This document shows positions 41,641-52,831 of a stretch of 64,000 bases of DNA, one piece after another (the stretch's first letter is position 1; every line of letters starts with the position of its first letter). The notes beneath the pieces are model-generated. The model searched no databases. It was given only the letters and a program-made list of their open reading frames with translations, and was not told the DNA's origin. The translations under genes and the position numbers were made by a program. Source of the stretch: an uncultured Planctomycetota bacterium (lineage in GTDB: Bacteria > Planctomycetota > Planctomycetia > Isosphaerales > Isosphaeraceae); assembly GCA_963777705.1 (NCBI GenBank), contig CAVZRT010000002.1, positions 270,575 to 334,574 on the forward strand. Reading direction: 5' to 3'.

Positions 41641-42244
41641 ATGAGCGGATGGGATCGCGGCCGGTTGATTGAGCTTCTCCAGCGAGACGCCCTGAGGACC
41701 GGCCAGTTCACGCTGGCGAGCGGGCGGACCTCGCATTATTACGTGGACGGGCGCAAGGTCACGCTCTCGGCCGAGGGCGCGGCGGCCATTGCCTCGGGCA
41801 TGATGGAAGTCCTGGCCGGGATGCCGGAAGTCACGGCCATCGGTGGGCTTACGATGGGCGCCGACCCAATCGTCGGGCGCCTCGCTCGCGGTCGCCGCAT
41901 CGCATGGGCGCGATCCTCGCGGTTTCCTCGTGAGGAAGGAAGCCAAGGGGCACGGGACGGGCCGCCTGGTGGAAGGCCCGTTGCAGGAGGGGGAGACGGT
42001 GGCGATTTTGGACGACGTGGCCACCACCGGCGGCTCGTCGTTGCAGGCGGTGGCGGCGGTTGAGGCCATGGGCTGCAAGGTTGCGGCGGTCATCGTGGTC
42101 CTGGATCGCCTGGAGGGCGCGGCCGCTGCGTTCGCGGCCAAGGGCTTGCGATTCGTGTCGCTCACGACCATTCGCGACCTGGGCGTCGAGCCGCTGGTGG
42201 CCTTCCATCCCGAAATCACGGATTTGCCCGAAGTCCTGGGCTGA
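41641..42244 (+). CDS. pyrE: Orotate phosphoribosyltransferase (frameshift near 41900)
   Basis: FTLASGRTSHYYVDGRKV... and the PRPP-binding motif VAILDDVATTGGS, in two frames. Confidence 0.8.
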
Positions 42245-42278
42245 TCGCGCCTTGCTCGCGGAGGACCGGCCGTTGGAA

Positions 42279-42944
42279 ATGGCCATGCATCGCCAGTTGA
42301 AGGAGCATTTCGGCGGCGAGCAGACCGAGGTCGCGGTGTCGGGCTTTCGCATCGACGCCATCGAGGCCGACGGGAGGCTGGTCGAGGTCCAATCCGGCGC
42401 ATTGGGACCGTTGCGCGCGAAGCTCGATCGCCTGCTGACCGGCCATCAGGTCCGCGTGGTCAAGCCGGTGGTGGTGTCGCGACGGATCGTGAAGCGCAAC
42501 CGGGCCGACGGCCCCGACATCTCGGCCCGCTCCAGCCCGAAGCGGGGCGATCTGATCGACGTGTTCGACGACCTGGTCGGCCTGGCCCGCATCTTCCCTC
42601 ACGAGAATTTGCGCGTGAGCGTTCTGGCGGTCGCGATCGACGAGGTCAGGATTTCCCGACGCCGCAGGCCGGGATTCCAGGTCGTGGATCGTCGGCTGAA
42701 CGGGGTGGTGGAGGCGGTCGAACTGCGCGAGGCACGCGACCTGTGGACGCTGCTCCCGGGCGATTTGACGGGCCTGTTCACCACGATCGACCTGGCCGAA
42801 TCGACCGGCCGATCGGTCGATTTCACGCAGCGGATCGCGTATTGCCTCCGGTTGGCCGGGGCGGCGAAGGCCGTGGGGAAGGTCGGCAATCGGCTGGTTT
42901 ACGAGCGGACCGACGAGACGGCGGGTATCGCACGCCCTACTTGA
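42279..42944 (+). CDS. Hypothetical protein (possible PD-(D/E)xK nuclease-like fold)
   Basis: MAMHRQLKEHFGG...FRIDAIEADGRLVEVQSG is reminiscent of D...E-x-K restriction-endonuclease-like cores. Assignment is weak. Confidence 0.3.
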   Translation: MAMHRQLKEHFGGEQTEVAVSGFRIDAIEADGRLVEVQSGALGPLRAKLDRLLTGHQVRVVKPVVVSRRIVKRNRADGPDISARSSPKRGDLIDVFDDLVGLARIFPHENLRVSVLAVAIDEVRISRRRRPGFQVVDRRLNGVVEAVELREARDLWTLLPGDLTGLFTTIDLAESTGRSVDFTQRIAYCLRLAGAAKAVGKVGNRLVYERTDETAGIARPT

Positions 42945-44529
42945 TCCCCTGATGCACCTTGGGGTCGTCGTAGGAATCGAGCTTGGAATGCATGATTTGC
43001 GACCACATCTTGGGGAAGTCGAACCCGTGGGGAGCGTTCTCCTCGTCGTGGCACTTGAGGCAGCGGTGCTGCTTCTGGAACTCCTCGGCCGAGCGGGCGA
43101 TGGTCTTGCGGATCTCCTTGTCGTCGGGGTAGGCCGCGTGCCTTGATCCGGGGCCGTGGCAGTTCTCGCACTGATTTCCCTTCAGGTCGGGCACCGAATC
43201 GGGCGCGACGAAGCCGCCTTCGTATTCGAACCCCGTCGTATGGCACCGCACGCAATCGGCGTCGGGCTCGCGGTTGTGCTTCGGGTTGGTCAAGGCGTCG
43301 TATGCCTGCGCGTGCTTGGTCTTGGACCAGCGGGCGAAGGTGTTCGGATGGCACTCGGCGCACTTGCTCGCGCCGATGTACCTGGCGTCGGAGATGGGGA
43401 AATTCGCGAAGGTGTACTTCACCTTGGGGAAGTTCCGCACGACGTCGGCCGCGCGGAGGTCGGCCACGAAATCCTCGTCGATCAGCTTCCTCATGCGGCT
43501 CGCTGCGATCCTTGAACTTGTCGTAGCGAGGGACCAGCGACACCCGTTGATACAATTTCTTGGCCGACGGATTTTTCGGGAACCCGATCATCGCGACGTA
43601 TTGCCCTTTCCGCCCCACGCTGACCAGCCAGGTCTTGCCGTCGTTCAGGATCTCGGGGTGGTCGGGCGGGTCCGTCTCGTTCGTGGCGACCACGAGGTCA
43701 AATCCCGGGAACGCCTCGGCCAGCTTCTTCGCCATCGCCGGAGGCCCCTGGACCATCAAGACCTGCACGTCGGTGTCTTTTTCCAGGTCGGACAGGACGG
43801 CGGGCAGGCTCTCCTCGGGGGTCTTCACCGTCATCAATTGATCCTTGGAGGAGTCGCGTAGCCTGGCGAACGCCTCGGGATCGAGCACCGCCGTCACGCC
43901 GAGTTTCACCGGGCCGACCGTGGTGCGGACGCTGGGGCGAATCTTCTTCTCGAAGCCCAGGCCCTCGGCGGGCACCACGTTGGCGGCGACCATGCGGGGG
44001 GCGTCGGGATTATCGGGCAGGGTGTTGACCAGCGTCATCAGCGTGTGGTCGGTGCCGAGCTTCAGGTCGTCGGCCGAGAGCGCCACGGCGCCGTACTTGA
44101 GCATGGTCATGGCCTTGAGCGCGGTATCGTAGCGGATCTTGGTCTCGTCCACGCCGCCGCCGTGGACGCTGTTGGGATCGTTGATCAGCCCGCCGAGGTC
44201 GATCAGGGTGAGCGGCCATTTGCGGTCGTTGCGGATCAGGTCGGTCAGGGCCATGCGGCGGATCAACCCGCCCAGTTGGCCCTGCGTGCATCCGCACGGC
44301 TCGAGGTAGCCGATCATCTCGCCCGAGATCATGAGGGTGCCGGCAAGGTCATCGGGCCAATCGGCCAGGGCCTTGCCTTCGGAGGCGGCGGGGCTTGACC
44401 CCTTCGGCCGCGCCCTGGACCGGGACCGTGGGCGTGGTGCGATCCGTGCAGCCGACGACCGCGATCAGGCCGATGCACAGAACACCGCCGCCATCGCGGC
44501 CCAGGAGGGAATTCGGCGGCGTTTTCATC
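42937..44529 (-). CDS. Lipoprotein with C-terminal tetra-heme cytochrome c domain (2 apparent frameshifts)
   Basis: Lipoprotein signal (LCIGLIAVVGC). C-terminal four CxxCH sites (CAECH, CVRCH, CENCH, CLKCH). An N-terminal domain of unknown function sits in a different frame. Confidence 0.6.
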
Positions 44530-44565
44530 CTGATCCCGCCCCCTAATGTGCTTTGATTCGCAGGA

Positions 44566-45687
44566 TCAATCGCTCTTGACCGTGATTTCCACCGGGACCT
44601 TGACCTGACGGGCGTTGGGGTGGTCCGACTTGAGCGTGATCGTGCCACCGATGAGCCCGGGTGGTGTGCCCGGTGGGACCGTGACGGTCATCCGATATTG
44701 TCGGACGTTGGCGGTGCTCCCGACTTTTACATCGGTCGGGATGACTTTCGCCTCCACATTTTCGGGGGTCGAGACCACCTCGAACTTGGTGTCGGGGGCG
44801 TTGCGGACGGTGATCATGAGCGTCTGCTCGGCGCCGTCGCTGGAGGAGACCTGGCTCATTCGGACCATGTCGGGCATCACGCTCACCGGGCCGACGCGCT
44901 TGCCGGTCACGGCGATTTTCATCTGCGGCTCAAGCGGGTGATCGGTGCTGACGGTGATCTCCTCGCTGAACACGCCCAGGTCGGCCGATGGCTTGACGTC
45001 GACGACGATCTTGTAAGCATTGCCCTTTTCCAGCCCGGCGGACTTCATCTCGTCGGGCGTCATCAGCATGACCTCGCCGGAGACCGACTCGGGCCGGGTC
45101 GAGCGGACGGAGGTGATCTTCAGGTCGGGCCGGTCGGGGGACGAGATGCCGATCTTCCCGTTGGTGGCCTGGTCGCTGGGGATGGAGGGGAAGTGGAGCG
45201 ACCGCTCGGCCGGGAACACCAGGAGGGCCGGCTGGATGTTGCCGGAGATGGTGATCTTCAACTCCTCGCGATTGGCGTCGTTGCGCGTGTAGATCGTCAA
45301 TTCGCGGGTCCAGGCATCCTTGAAGTCGCGGGTGTGCCAGGTCAGCTTGATCGGCTGCGATTCGCCCGGCTTCAGGATGCGAGGCGCCTCCTCCGGCTTG
45401 GGCAGGTCGGAGGTGGTGCACGAGCAGACGGCGTTGGCCGTCAGCAGGAGGTTGCCGTCGCCTTCATTCTTGAGGACCCAGGTATGTTCGCCCGTCTGCT
45501 GCTGGGCCATGGTGCCGAAGTCGAACCGCGGCTCGGAATCCAGCACGGCCTTGCCCTTAGGGCCCGGCCCGACGTCCGGATATTGCGGGCTCCCGCCGAC
45601 CGGGACGGTAGGCAGGGACGGCACCAGCAAGGCCGCGCCCGTGGCAAGGCCAACCACCAACACCGCCAGGACCACCCAGCGCGTCAT
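44566..45687 (-). CDS. Secreted DUF1573-like (PapD-like beta-sandwich repeat) protein
   Basis: Intact ORF. Signal anchor MTRWVVLAVLVVGLATGAALL. Repeated DFG...G....F.L.N.G...L.I domains typical of DUF1573. Confidence 0.55.
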   Translation of the reverse strand: MTRWVVLAVLVVGLATGAALLVPSLPTVPVGGSPQYPDVGPGPKGKAVLDSEPRFDFGTMAQQQTGEHTWVLKNEGDGNLLLTANAVCSCTTSDLPKPEEAPRILKPGESQPIKLTWHTRDFKDAWTRELTIYTRNDANREELKITISGNIQPALLVFPAERSLHFPSIPSDQATNGKIGISSPDRPDLKITSVRSTRPESVSGEVMLMTPDEMKSAGLEKGNAYKIVVDVKPSADLGVFSEEITVSTDHPLEPQMKIAVTGKRVGPVSVMPDMVRMSQVSSSDGAEQTLMITVRNAPDTKFEVVSTPENVEAKVIPTDVKVGSTANVRQYRMTVTVPPGTPPGLIGGTITLKSDHPNARQVKVPVEITVKSD

Positions 45688-46004
45688 GGGAGAAGACTCC
45701 AAAAAAGGGCAAGCTCCTCGACGCGATCGCACGCCACGAAAAGAAAAACGAAGGAATGCGGCGCCATCGCGAGGACGCCCTTGATTGTAGGGTCAAGTCG
45801 GCAACGCGGTCAAGCGAGCCACGCCCCCGACGGCACGCCACGGAAGGCGCAGCGCGGCGAGTCATTGGCCTACGGATAGGTCATCCGTTACAGGCCCTGC
45901 AAGGCGAGGCGATATCGGTGAAAATGTCCATCCAGGCCGACTTTGAGGTTCAAACCCCATTTCGGAACGCGCCAGAAATGGCTCACGACCTCGACTGTTC
46001 CGGA

Positions 46005-47610
46005 TTATCGACGTTCCACGCCGTCGCCGCCGAGTTGGGCCGAGGGGTCGAGGCCCACGATCTTGCCTCGGGGACGGGCGCGATCGAGGACTACCGGGCC
46101 GAGGTCGGTGGTGTCGGCCGTGGAGCGGTTTCCTAACGCGTCGACGGCGTCGACGCGGAGGTGGAATCTTGGGGGTACGCTTGCTGGGACCGTCCAGACG
46201 TAATGGCCCGTGTTGTCGATGTGGTCGATGATCTTGACCCAGGCGGCGTCGGGGCGCTGGGCCGGTAGTAGAGCGAGATCGGGTGCGGGCCGGGGTGGGC
46301 GTCGTCGGCCTTCCAGTCGATGGCGACCTTGCCCGCGTTCTTGCCCGTGCCGATCTTGGGGCGATCGACCGTGACGGCGGGCGGGGTGGAATCGACCTCG
46401 ACCCACATCTGCGGGGTGTCACCGGGCGCCGGCGGGAGTTCTCCGAGCCCGGCGGCCGATTGCACCACGAGCCAGAGGCCGAAGGTGCCCTCGTTCCCGA
46501 GGTCGACGTTGTAAGGGCTCTGATGGTCCGCGTCCTCGGCCTGGCGATTCCAGTTGCGCCCGCCGTCGCGGGTGACCCACAATTCCACCAGCGCGGGGCC
46601 GGCCGGGCCGGCGTCGGTAACCTCGTATTTCAGGGGAAACCGCGGGCTCTTGACCAGCAACATCTGGCGACGGGCCGGCGCGACGGTTTCGGGCGTCGGC
46701 GTCGGCTCCGGGGTGGGGCCGGGCGATTCCTCGAAGGCGCGATCCTTGGGCCGCGCGGCGGGCGGCGCCGACTCGGGCGGCGGGAGCGAGGCCGGCGTGG
46801 GGGCGGCATCCACGGCGTCGAACGGGTCGGCCCGGCCGGAGTCGGCCGATGGGGTGGGGGCCGATCGGTTCGAGATGGGGGTCACGGGCGGCGGTGCCGA
46901 CGAAACGCGAGTCTCGGGCAGATTCGGGTTCGGCTCGCTCGCCATGCCGTCGGCAAGGCCCTGGTCGACCGATCGCGTGTTGCCGGCGAAATCGCGGATC
47001 GAGAGCCGCACGCGGAGGGCCTCGGCCGTGCCGGCGTCCCACGATTTGTAGCCGATCCGCACGCCTTCGTCGCGGGCGAGCGGGACTTGCCGCCAGTCGC
47101 GAACGCCCTCGGCCTGGTATTCCAGCACGAGCGACCTGAGGTCCAGATGCTCGTCCTGGACTTCCCACTGGACGGCCGCGAGGCTGCCCCTTCGCCCGCG
47201 GGATTCCAGCGTGACGGTGGGCGGGTTCGAGTCGACGATCACCTTGATGGCGGGCTGGACGGGGCGGTCCCCCGCGGGCCAGAAGCCGCCGTCCTTGTTC
47301 ACGGTCTGGACGGCGAACCAGTATTCGCCGTCGCGGGGGGCGCGGAAGTAGAAGGAGGGATGATCGGGGTCGGTCTTGCCCGATCGCTTCCACGATTCGC
47401 CCATGTCGTCGGAGGCCCAGAGCAGCATCTCGCGGGTCTTCGACCGCTGCTTGGGGTCGACCGTCACGGGGATCGAGAACGCCCGCACTTTCGACCACAG
47501 GACCTTGGCCGTGGGGGGATCTCCGGGGGGCGAAGCAGGCGCAGAGATCCCCAGGCCAGGGCCAAGCCCAGCCCGACGACCGCCCAATGCACCCGAATCC
47601 ACCTCGGCAT
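46005..47610 (-). CDS. Hypothetical secreted repeat-domain protein (2 apparent frameshifts)
   Basis: Signal peptide MPRWIRVHWAVVGLGLALAWG. Three repeats of a roughly 110-aa module (..W...GE.WF.V.T.....G..). Spread over three ORF pieces. Confidence 0.45.
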
Positions 47611-47671
47611 CGCCACGTCCTTCCTTGGACTCGCGAGAAGCCGCACGTCACTCACGCACGCGAGACGACGA

Positions 47672-48205
47672 TCACTTCAACCGAACGGGGAGCCCCGCAA
47701 CGCAGAGATGGACCGCGTTGCAAACCCGGGCCAGTGCCTGATTCGCCAGCCCGTGGACGTCGGCGAACCGCCGCGCCAGGGCGTTCTCGGGAATGATGCC
47801 CGAGCCGACCTCGTTGGAGACCCAGATCGTGGCCGCCCGTCCATGGGCCGCCGTCGCCGCGCGATGCACCGCGGCCAGGATCTCGTCGTCGCCCAGCGCG
47901 GGCCCGCCGCCCAGTCCGAGCATGAGATTGCTGATCCAGAGCGTCACGCAATCGATCACCACGGCGCCTTTCTCGGCAACCAGGCCGGGCAACACGCCCT
48001 CCAGGTCGCGCGGGACTTCTTTCGTGGCCCAGGCTTCGGGGCGATCGGCACGATGCCGCTCGATCCGGGCCACCATTTCCGGGTCGCCGGTGTCCATGAG
48101 CGCGGTGGCCACGAACGTGACGGGCGCGAATACCTCGGCCAGCCCCTGGGCCAGCCGTGTCTTGCCCGATCGCGCCCCTCCGAGCACCAGGACCATGTCA
48201 CCCAT
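47672..48205 (-). CDS. cobU: Bifunctional adenosylcobinamide kinase / adenosylcobinamide-phosphate guanylyltransferase
   Basis: 177-aa. P-loop VLGGARSGKT and the CobU/CobP family pattern (VTFVATA...IERHR..RP..W.T.E). Confidence 0.8.
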   Translation of the reverse strand: MGDMVLVLGGARSGKTRLAQGLAEVFAPVTFVATALMDTGDPEMVARIERHRADRPEAWATKEVPRDLEGVLPGLVAEKGAVVIDCVTLWISNLMLGLGGGPALGDDEILAAVHRAATAAHGRAATIWVSNEVGSGIIPENALARRFADVHGLANQALARVCNAVHLCVAGLPVRLK

Positions 48206-48343
48206 CGACCCAGATTCTCCATCTTTCGCAAACGACCCAGCAAAGGCCCGGGATGGGCGCGGAGACAGCCGTATGTCCGGTCTTATCGACGATGACCGCG
48301 GGCCGGCTTGAATCGAATACGCCGAAGAGTTGGATTGTAGGGG

Positions 48344-49095
48344 TCAGCGCCGAAACACGCCGAACCCCAGGAGGAACGCCAGCTCGGACGTTTCGACCAC
48401 GGTCCCGAGGATATCTCCGGTGATCCCGCCCAAGTTTCGCGAGGCTATTCGCACCCAGAGTGCGGTGATCGCCACGGCGAGGACGCTGGCGAGCAAGCCT
48501 CGTAATCCGCCGATCGCGGCCCCGAAGACCAGCACGCCCACGCCGGCCGCGATGGCTTCGTCGGGCGTCGCGGCATCAATCAGCGTGCGACCCGTCCCGT
48601 CGGGGCGGGCATAATCGGCCACGCCCGCCGCCGCCAGGATCAGCGTCCGGCTCGCGGCAAATGCGCCGATCAAGGCGAAAAACCGCTCCCGGGTCGTGAA
48701 GAGTTCCAGCGAGGCGAACTTCCCGAGGAGGATCAGCATCAACCCCGCGGCGCCGAAGCTGCCGAGGTGCGAATCCTTCATCACGGCCAGGCGTCGCGAG
48801 GCATCACCCCGGAGGAAAAGGCCGTCGCAGGTGTCGGCGACTCCATCGAGGTGCAGCCCTCCGCTCAGGATCGCGGCCAGGGCCACGATGACGCACGAGA
48901 GCGGCCCGGCGCCACGCCGAGCCTGGCGAGCACGCCGTTGGCCACGGCCAGGATCAGGCCCATCGTCAACCCCACGACGGGATAGGCGAACCGCGAGGCG
49001 GCAATTTCCGCCTCGCTCACGCCTCCTTCGAGCTCGCCGACCGGGACGATGGTCAGGAAGCTGAGGGCCAGGCGAAACAGCCGGAAAGGGTTCAT
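48344..49095 (-). CDS. cobS: Adenosylcobinamide-GDP ribazoletransferase (cobalamin synthase), frameshift near 48880
   Basis: N-terminal MNPFRLFRLALSFLTIVPV. Conserved LDGVADTCDG motif and multiple TM helices. The ATG overlaps the eda stop. Confidence 0.75.
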
Positions 49096-49742
49096 CCGGG
49101 CGTCCGCACGCGGGCGACCAGGGACACGAACTTCTCGGCAAGCTCGCGAATCCTCGTGAAATCGCCCGAGGCGATGGCCTTGGGCTCGACGAGCGAGCTT
49201 CCCACGCCGAGGCACCAGGCCCCGGCCCGCAAGAACGCCTCGGCCGTGTTCAGATCCACGCCCCCGGTGGGCATGAGGCGGATCTGGGGCAGGGGGCCTC
49301 GCATCGCCCTGAAGAACGCGGGCCCGCCCACCTCGGCCGGGAAGACCTTGACCGCATCGGCGCCCGCTTCCCACGCGCTTAGGATTTCCGTGGGCGTGAA
49401 TGCCCCCGGCATGACGGCCTTGTCGTAGCGATGGGCCAGCTTGATGACCTCGTGATTGACCACCGGGCACACGAGATATTCGGCGCCGGCGAGGATGGCC
49501 AGTCGGGCCGTCTCGGGGTCGAGGACGGTGCCGGCGCCGAGCGCCACGGCGTCGCCGATCTCGCGACGGACCTCGCGGATCACGTCGGGGGCGTCGGGCA
49601 CGGTGAAGGTGATCTCGGCGGCCGTTACGCCCCCGTCGGCCAGGGCGCGGACGACCCGGACGAGCGGTTCGGCCGTCTCGGAACGGACCACGGCGATGAT
49701 CCCGCCTTCCTGAATGCGGCGAAGCGTGCCTTCGCGGTTCAT
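49092..49742 (-). CDS. eda: KDPG / 4-hydroxy-2-oxoglutarate aldolase
   Basis: 216-aa. IIAVVRSETAE, EITFTVPDA, the LGAGTVLD motif preceding the conserved Lys, catalytic Lys in AVKVFPAEVGG, and TGGV. Confidence 0.8.
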   Translation of the reverse strand: MNREGTLRRIQEGGIIAVVRSETAEPLVRVVRALADGGVTAAEITFTVPDAPDVIREVRREIGDAVALGAGTVLDPETARLAILAGAEYLVCPVVNHEVIKLAHRYDKAVMPGAFTPTEILSAWEAGADAVKVFPAEVGGPAFFRAMRGPLPQIRLMPTGGVDLNTAEAFLRAGAWCLGVGSSLVEPKAIASGDFTRIRELAEKFVSLVARVRTPG

Positions 49743-49754
49743 CGTTTCCTCCCT

Positions 49755-50693
49755 TCAGTCGACGGATTTCGACTTGGTCGGCCGGTGGCCAGATACGTCA
49801 ACCCGCGTGGTTTCGCTGGCGGAGTCGAGGTTCGCGAGCAGGTTTTCCTCGATGGCCCGGGTGACTTCATCGAGCGGGAGATGGTTCACGCGCCGCTTCG
49901 AGAACGGATGTTGCAGCTCCGAGCCGATCTCGTCCAGCACCAGGACCGGATAGGCGGCCAGGAACTCGACGAGCGGGACCAGCCAGAGCACCTTGTCCTT
50001 GCCGATCTTGTTGAAGAGCGCGAAGGGGAGCGTGAGCAGGAGGAGCACGATGAAGTGGCGGATCTCGATCGAATAGGCGGCGGGAAGGGGGGTCTGCGCG
50101 ATCCGCTCGCACGCACCGATGTGGTCGATCAAGAGTCCTCGCTGGCTTTCGGCCTGCTGGAATGCGAATCCTTCGAGGCCATAGCGGAGGTCGTCGGCAA
50201 TCAGCCGCGAGAGCGCGGTGGGCATGTGCTTGGAGGTGCTTAGGCGAAACGCCTCGTCGGTGCCCAGCAGGTCGGCGACCTCGGGCATGTCGCGCTCGCC
50301 GCGCAGGCTGCGACGGCACACGTGGGCGAACGCCGCAGCCCGCCTCACCAGGCGATCGCGCCATGCGGCGTCGTCCTTCCCATAAGCGAGGCCAATGATC
50401 GCGAGATTTCGCAGTTGATTGTTGATCCCGCCCCAGAGCTTCCGGCCTTCCCACCATCGCTCATAGCCGGCGTTGGTGCGCAGGACCATCAACACGCCCA
50501 GGACGCCGCCGGCGACTTCGTAAGGGCCGACGTCGATGTCCAGGTCGGGAAGGCCGTCCTTCCAGTGGATGTAGGAGAACAGGGCGGACCAGGCGACGAA
50601 GATGGCACAGGCGCCCAGGACGCGGAGCGTGGCCGCTCCCCGGAACGTGAACGCCTCCCTCCAGAAATGCGTTCGGGAATCAAACTCGGTCAT
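49755..50693 (-). CDS. Bestrophin-family (UPF0187/YneE-like) ion channel protein
   Basis: HFWREAFTFRGAATLRVLGACAIF...RTNAGYERWWEGRKLWGG, the hallmark bestrophin N-terminal signature. Confidence 0.7.
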   Translation of the reverse strand: MTEFDSRTHFWREAFTFRGAATLRVLGACAIFVAWSALFSYIHWKDGLPDLDIDVGPYEVAGGVLGVLMVLRTNAGYERWWEGRKLWGGINNQLRNLAIIGLAYGKDDAAWRDRLVRRAAAFAHVCRRSLRGERDMPEVADLLGTDEAFRLSTSKHMPTALSRLIADDLRYGLEGFAFQQAESQRGLLIDHIGACERIAQTPLPAAYSIEIRHFIVLLLLTLPFALFNKIGKDKVLWLVPLVEFLAAYPVLVLDEIGSELQHPFSKRRVNHLPLDEVTRAIEENLLANLDSASETTRVDVSGHRPTKSKSVD

Positions 50694-50793
50694 TCGTCGG
50701 AAATTCCCGGAGGCCGGTGGGCGATGGTGCGAGTAGTATACGGCGGACCTCGGCGGTTTACACCCTCCCGGTCGGTTTATACCTGGAAGCTTC

Positions 50794-51878
50794 ATGACCA
50801 ACCTGGAAGCGACGATCCACCTGGCCTTTGCCTTCGACGTCGGCTACGAAATTGACCTGGACCTGGCCCGCACGCTGTTGCCCGTGGAATCCGGCCCGCT
50901 CCACCGCCGCAAGCGCACGCCCGAATCGATCCGCTATCGACCGGCCCCGCTGCGACTGCCCCTGGACGTGTCGGGGATCGCGATGTCCGGGCGATCTGGA
51001 GTCCACGGGGTCGCCTCGCGGAGAGCTTGCCCTCTTCGACTTCGCGGCCGTCGCGCTCCTGGTCCGATTTCCGCTCCGGGGCTCGCCCGAAGACCTCTCG
51101 CAGCTTGCCGCCGGCCTGGCCGACATGACGCGATTGACCGAATCGGCCCGCCTCCTGCTCGCCCCGTGGATCGAGCGGTTCCGGGCCGCCATCATCGACT
51201 ACGAATGGAGCAACATCAGCGAGGAATACGTGGTGTTCCAGATCGGCGAGGTCCGCGAGAACTGGCTCGCCGACCATGCGTCGTGGGTCGCCAGCCTGGT
51301 CCGGCTCGAAGGCGGATTGCTCAGCCCCGACGAGGTGAAGGAAGCCACGAGGCTCGCCATCTCCTACGCCCCGAACGACCTGGTGGTGATCGACTGGGCC
51401 GCCGCCCTGGTCGCCGATCGCGACTGCGCCGACACGCTCCAGGTGATCGAGTTCGCCAACGTCCAGCTCCTCGAATACCGCCACATTGACGACCGCCTGG
51501 ACGACCGATTGGAGGCCGCCTATCGCCTCATCCGGCCCAAGCCCCGGCGCCGCTGGCCTCGCCTGCCCTGGCGTTCGCACGAGGGGACCGTCCGCAGCGT
51601 GCGGGAGCTGGAGATCGAGGCCACGAGCCTCTTCGAACGTGCCGACAATGCGCCTGAAATTGATCGGCGACCAGTATCTTTCGCGGGTCTACGCCCTGGC
51701 ATCGACCCGCTTCCACCTGGGCGAGTGGCAGCAATCCATCCGCCACAAGCTGGACACCGTGGGGAATGTCTTCGACCTGCTTGTCCAGCAAGCCGGCGTC
51801 ACGCGGACGGAGGTCCTCGAGATCATCGTCGTGATCCTGATCGCCCTGGAGATTATCCTGGCCATCGTGCGCCATTGA
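50794..51878 (+). CDS. DUF155 / RMD1-family protein (2 apparent frameshifts)
   Basis: N-terminal HLAFAFDVGYEIDL. C-terminal IGDQYLSRVYALASTRFHLGEWQQSIRHKLDTVGNVFDLL plus terminal TM (LEIIVVILIALEIILAIV). Spread across three frames. Confidence 0.6.
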
Positions 51879-51983
51879 CACTTGCGGGCGGCATTGGGGC
51901 GGTTTATGCTCGATGGATCCCAAATATAAAAGCGTTCGCATCGACCCCATCTCTCCGCCCGATCCCCCTGGGAGCCTGCCCCA

Positions 51984-52819
51984 ATGAACGCGAATCGATC
52001 CGCATTGTTGGCGTCGTTGACGCTCGCCGGCTGCTTGATGGCCAGTTCGTTCGCCTCGGCGCAGGCGACGAAGAAGGTCCAGATCCCGCCCACGGCCAAG
52101 GAGAAGACCAAGGCCGCGGCCAAGGAGCTGGTCGACCTGAATTCGGCGAAGGCCGAGGAGCTGGAGACCCTGCCCGGCGTGGGGCCGGCCACCTCGCGAA
52201 AGATCATCGACAGCCGCCCGCACCGCACCTTCGCCGACCTCTCGAAGGCCGGGATCAACGAGGCCACGATCGAGAAGCTGAGGCCGCTGGCCACGGTCAA
52301 GCCGCTCCCCCCGGCCGTCGACGTGAACGCCGACCCGATCGAGCAGATCGAGACCCTCCCCGGCATCGGCCCGGTGCTGGCCAAGGAGATCGTCGCCACC
52401 CGGCCGCACAAGACTTACGAGGATCTCGGCAAGCTCAAGGGCCTGGGGGCCGAGAAGATCGACGCCCTCAAGGGGCGCGTCAAGTTCGGCGAGATGGCGA
52501 AGCCCAAGGCCGTGATCGAGAAGAAGACCGAGACCGTCACCAAGGCCATGCCCAAGGGGAAGTCCGAGAGCGTGACCAAGACCACCAAGGTCGTCACCGA
52601 GACCACCAAGGAGCATGCCTCCAAGGTCCCGCCGGGTAAGAAGATCAACATCAACACCGCCACCGCCGACGAGCTGCAATTGCTGTGGGGGATAGGCCCG
52701 GCCCGCGCAGGAGATCATCGACGGTCGTACATACAAGACCATCGACGACATCAAGAAGGTGAAGGGCATCAAGGATTTCGAGTTCGACAAGATCAAGGAC
52801 GAGATCACCGTCAAGTGAT
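51984..52819 (+). CDS. ComEA-like helix-hairpin-helix repeat DNA-binding protein (frameshift near 52710)
   Basis: Lipoprotein-like signal. Three HhH modules (LNSAKAEELETLPGVGPATSRKII; IEQIETLPGIGPVLAKEIV; INTATADELQLLWGIGPA). Confidence 0.7.
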
Positions 52820-52831
52820 CGGGAGACCCCG

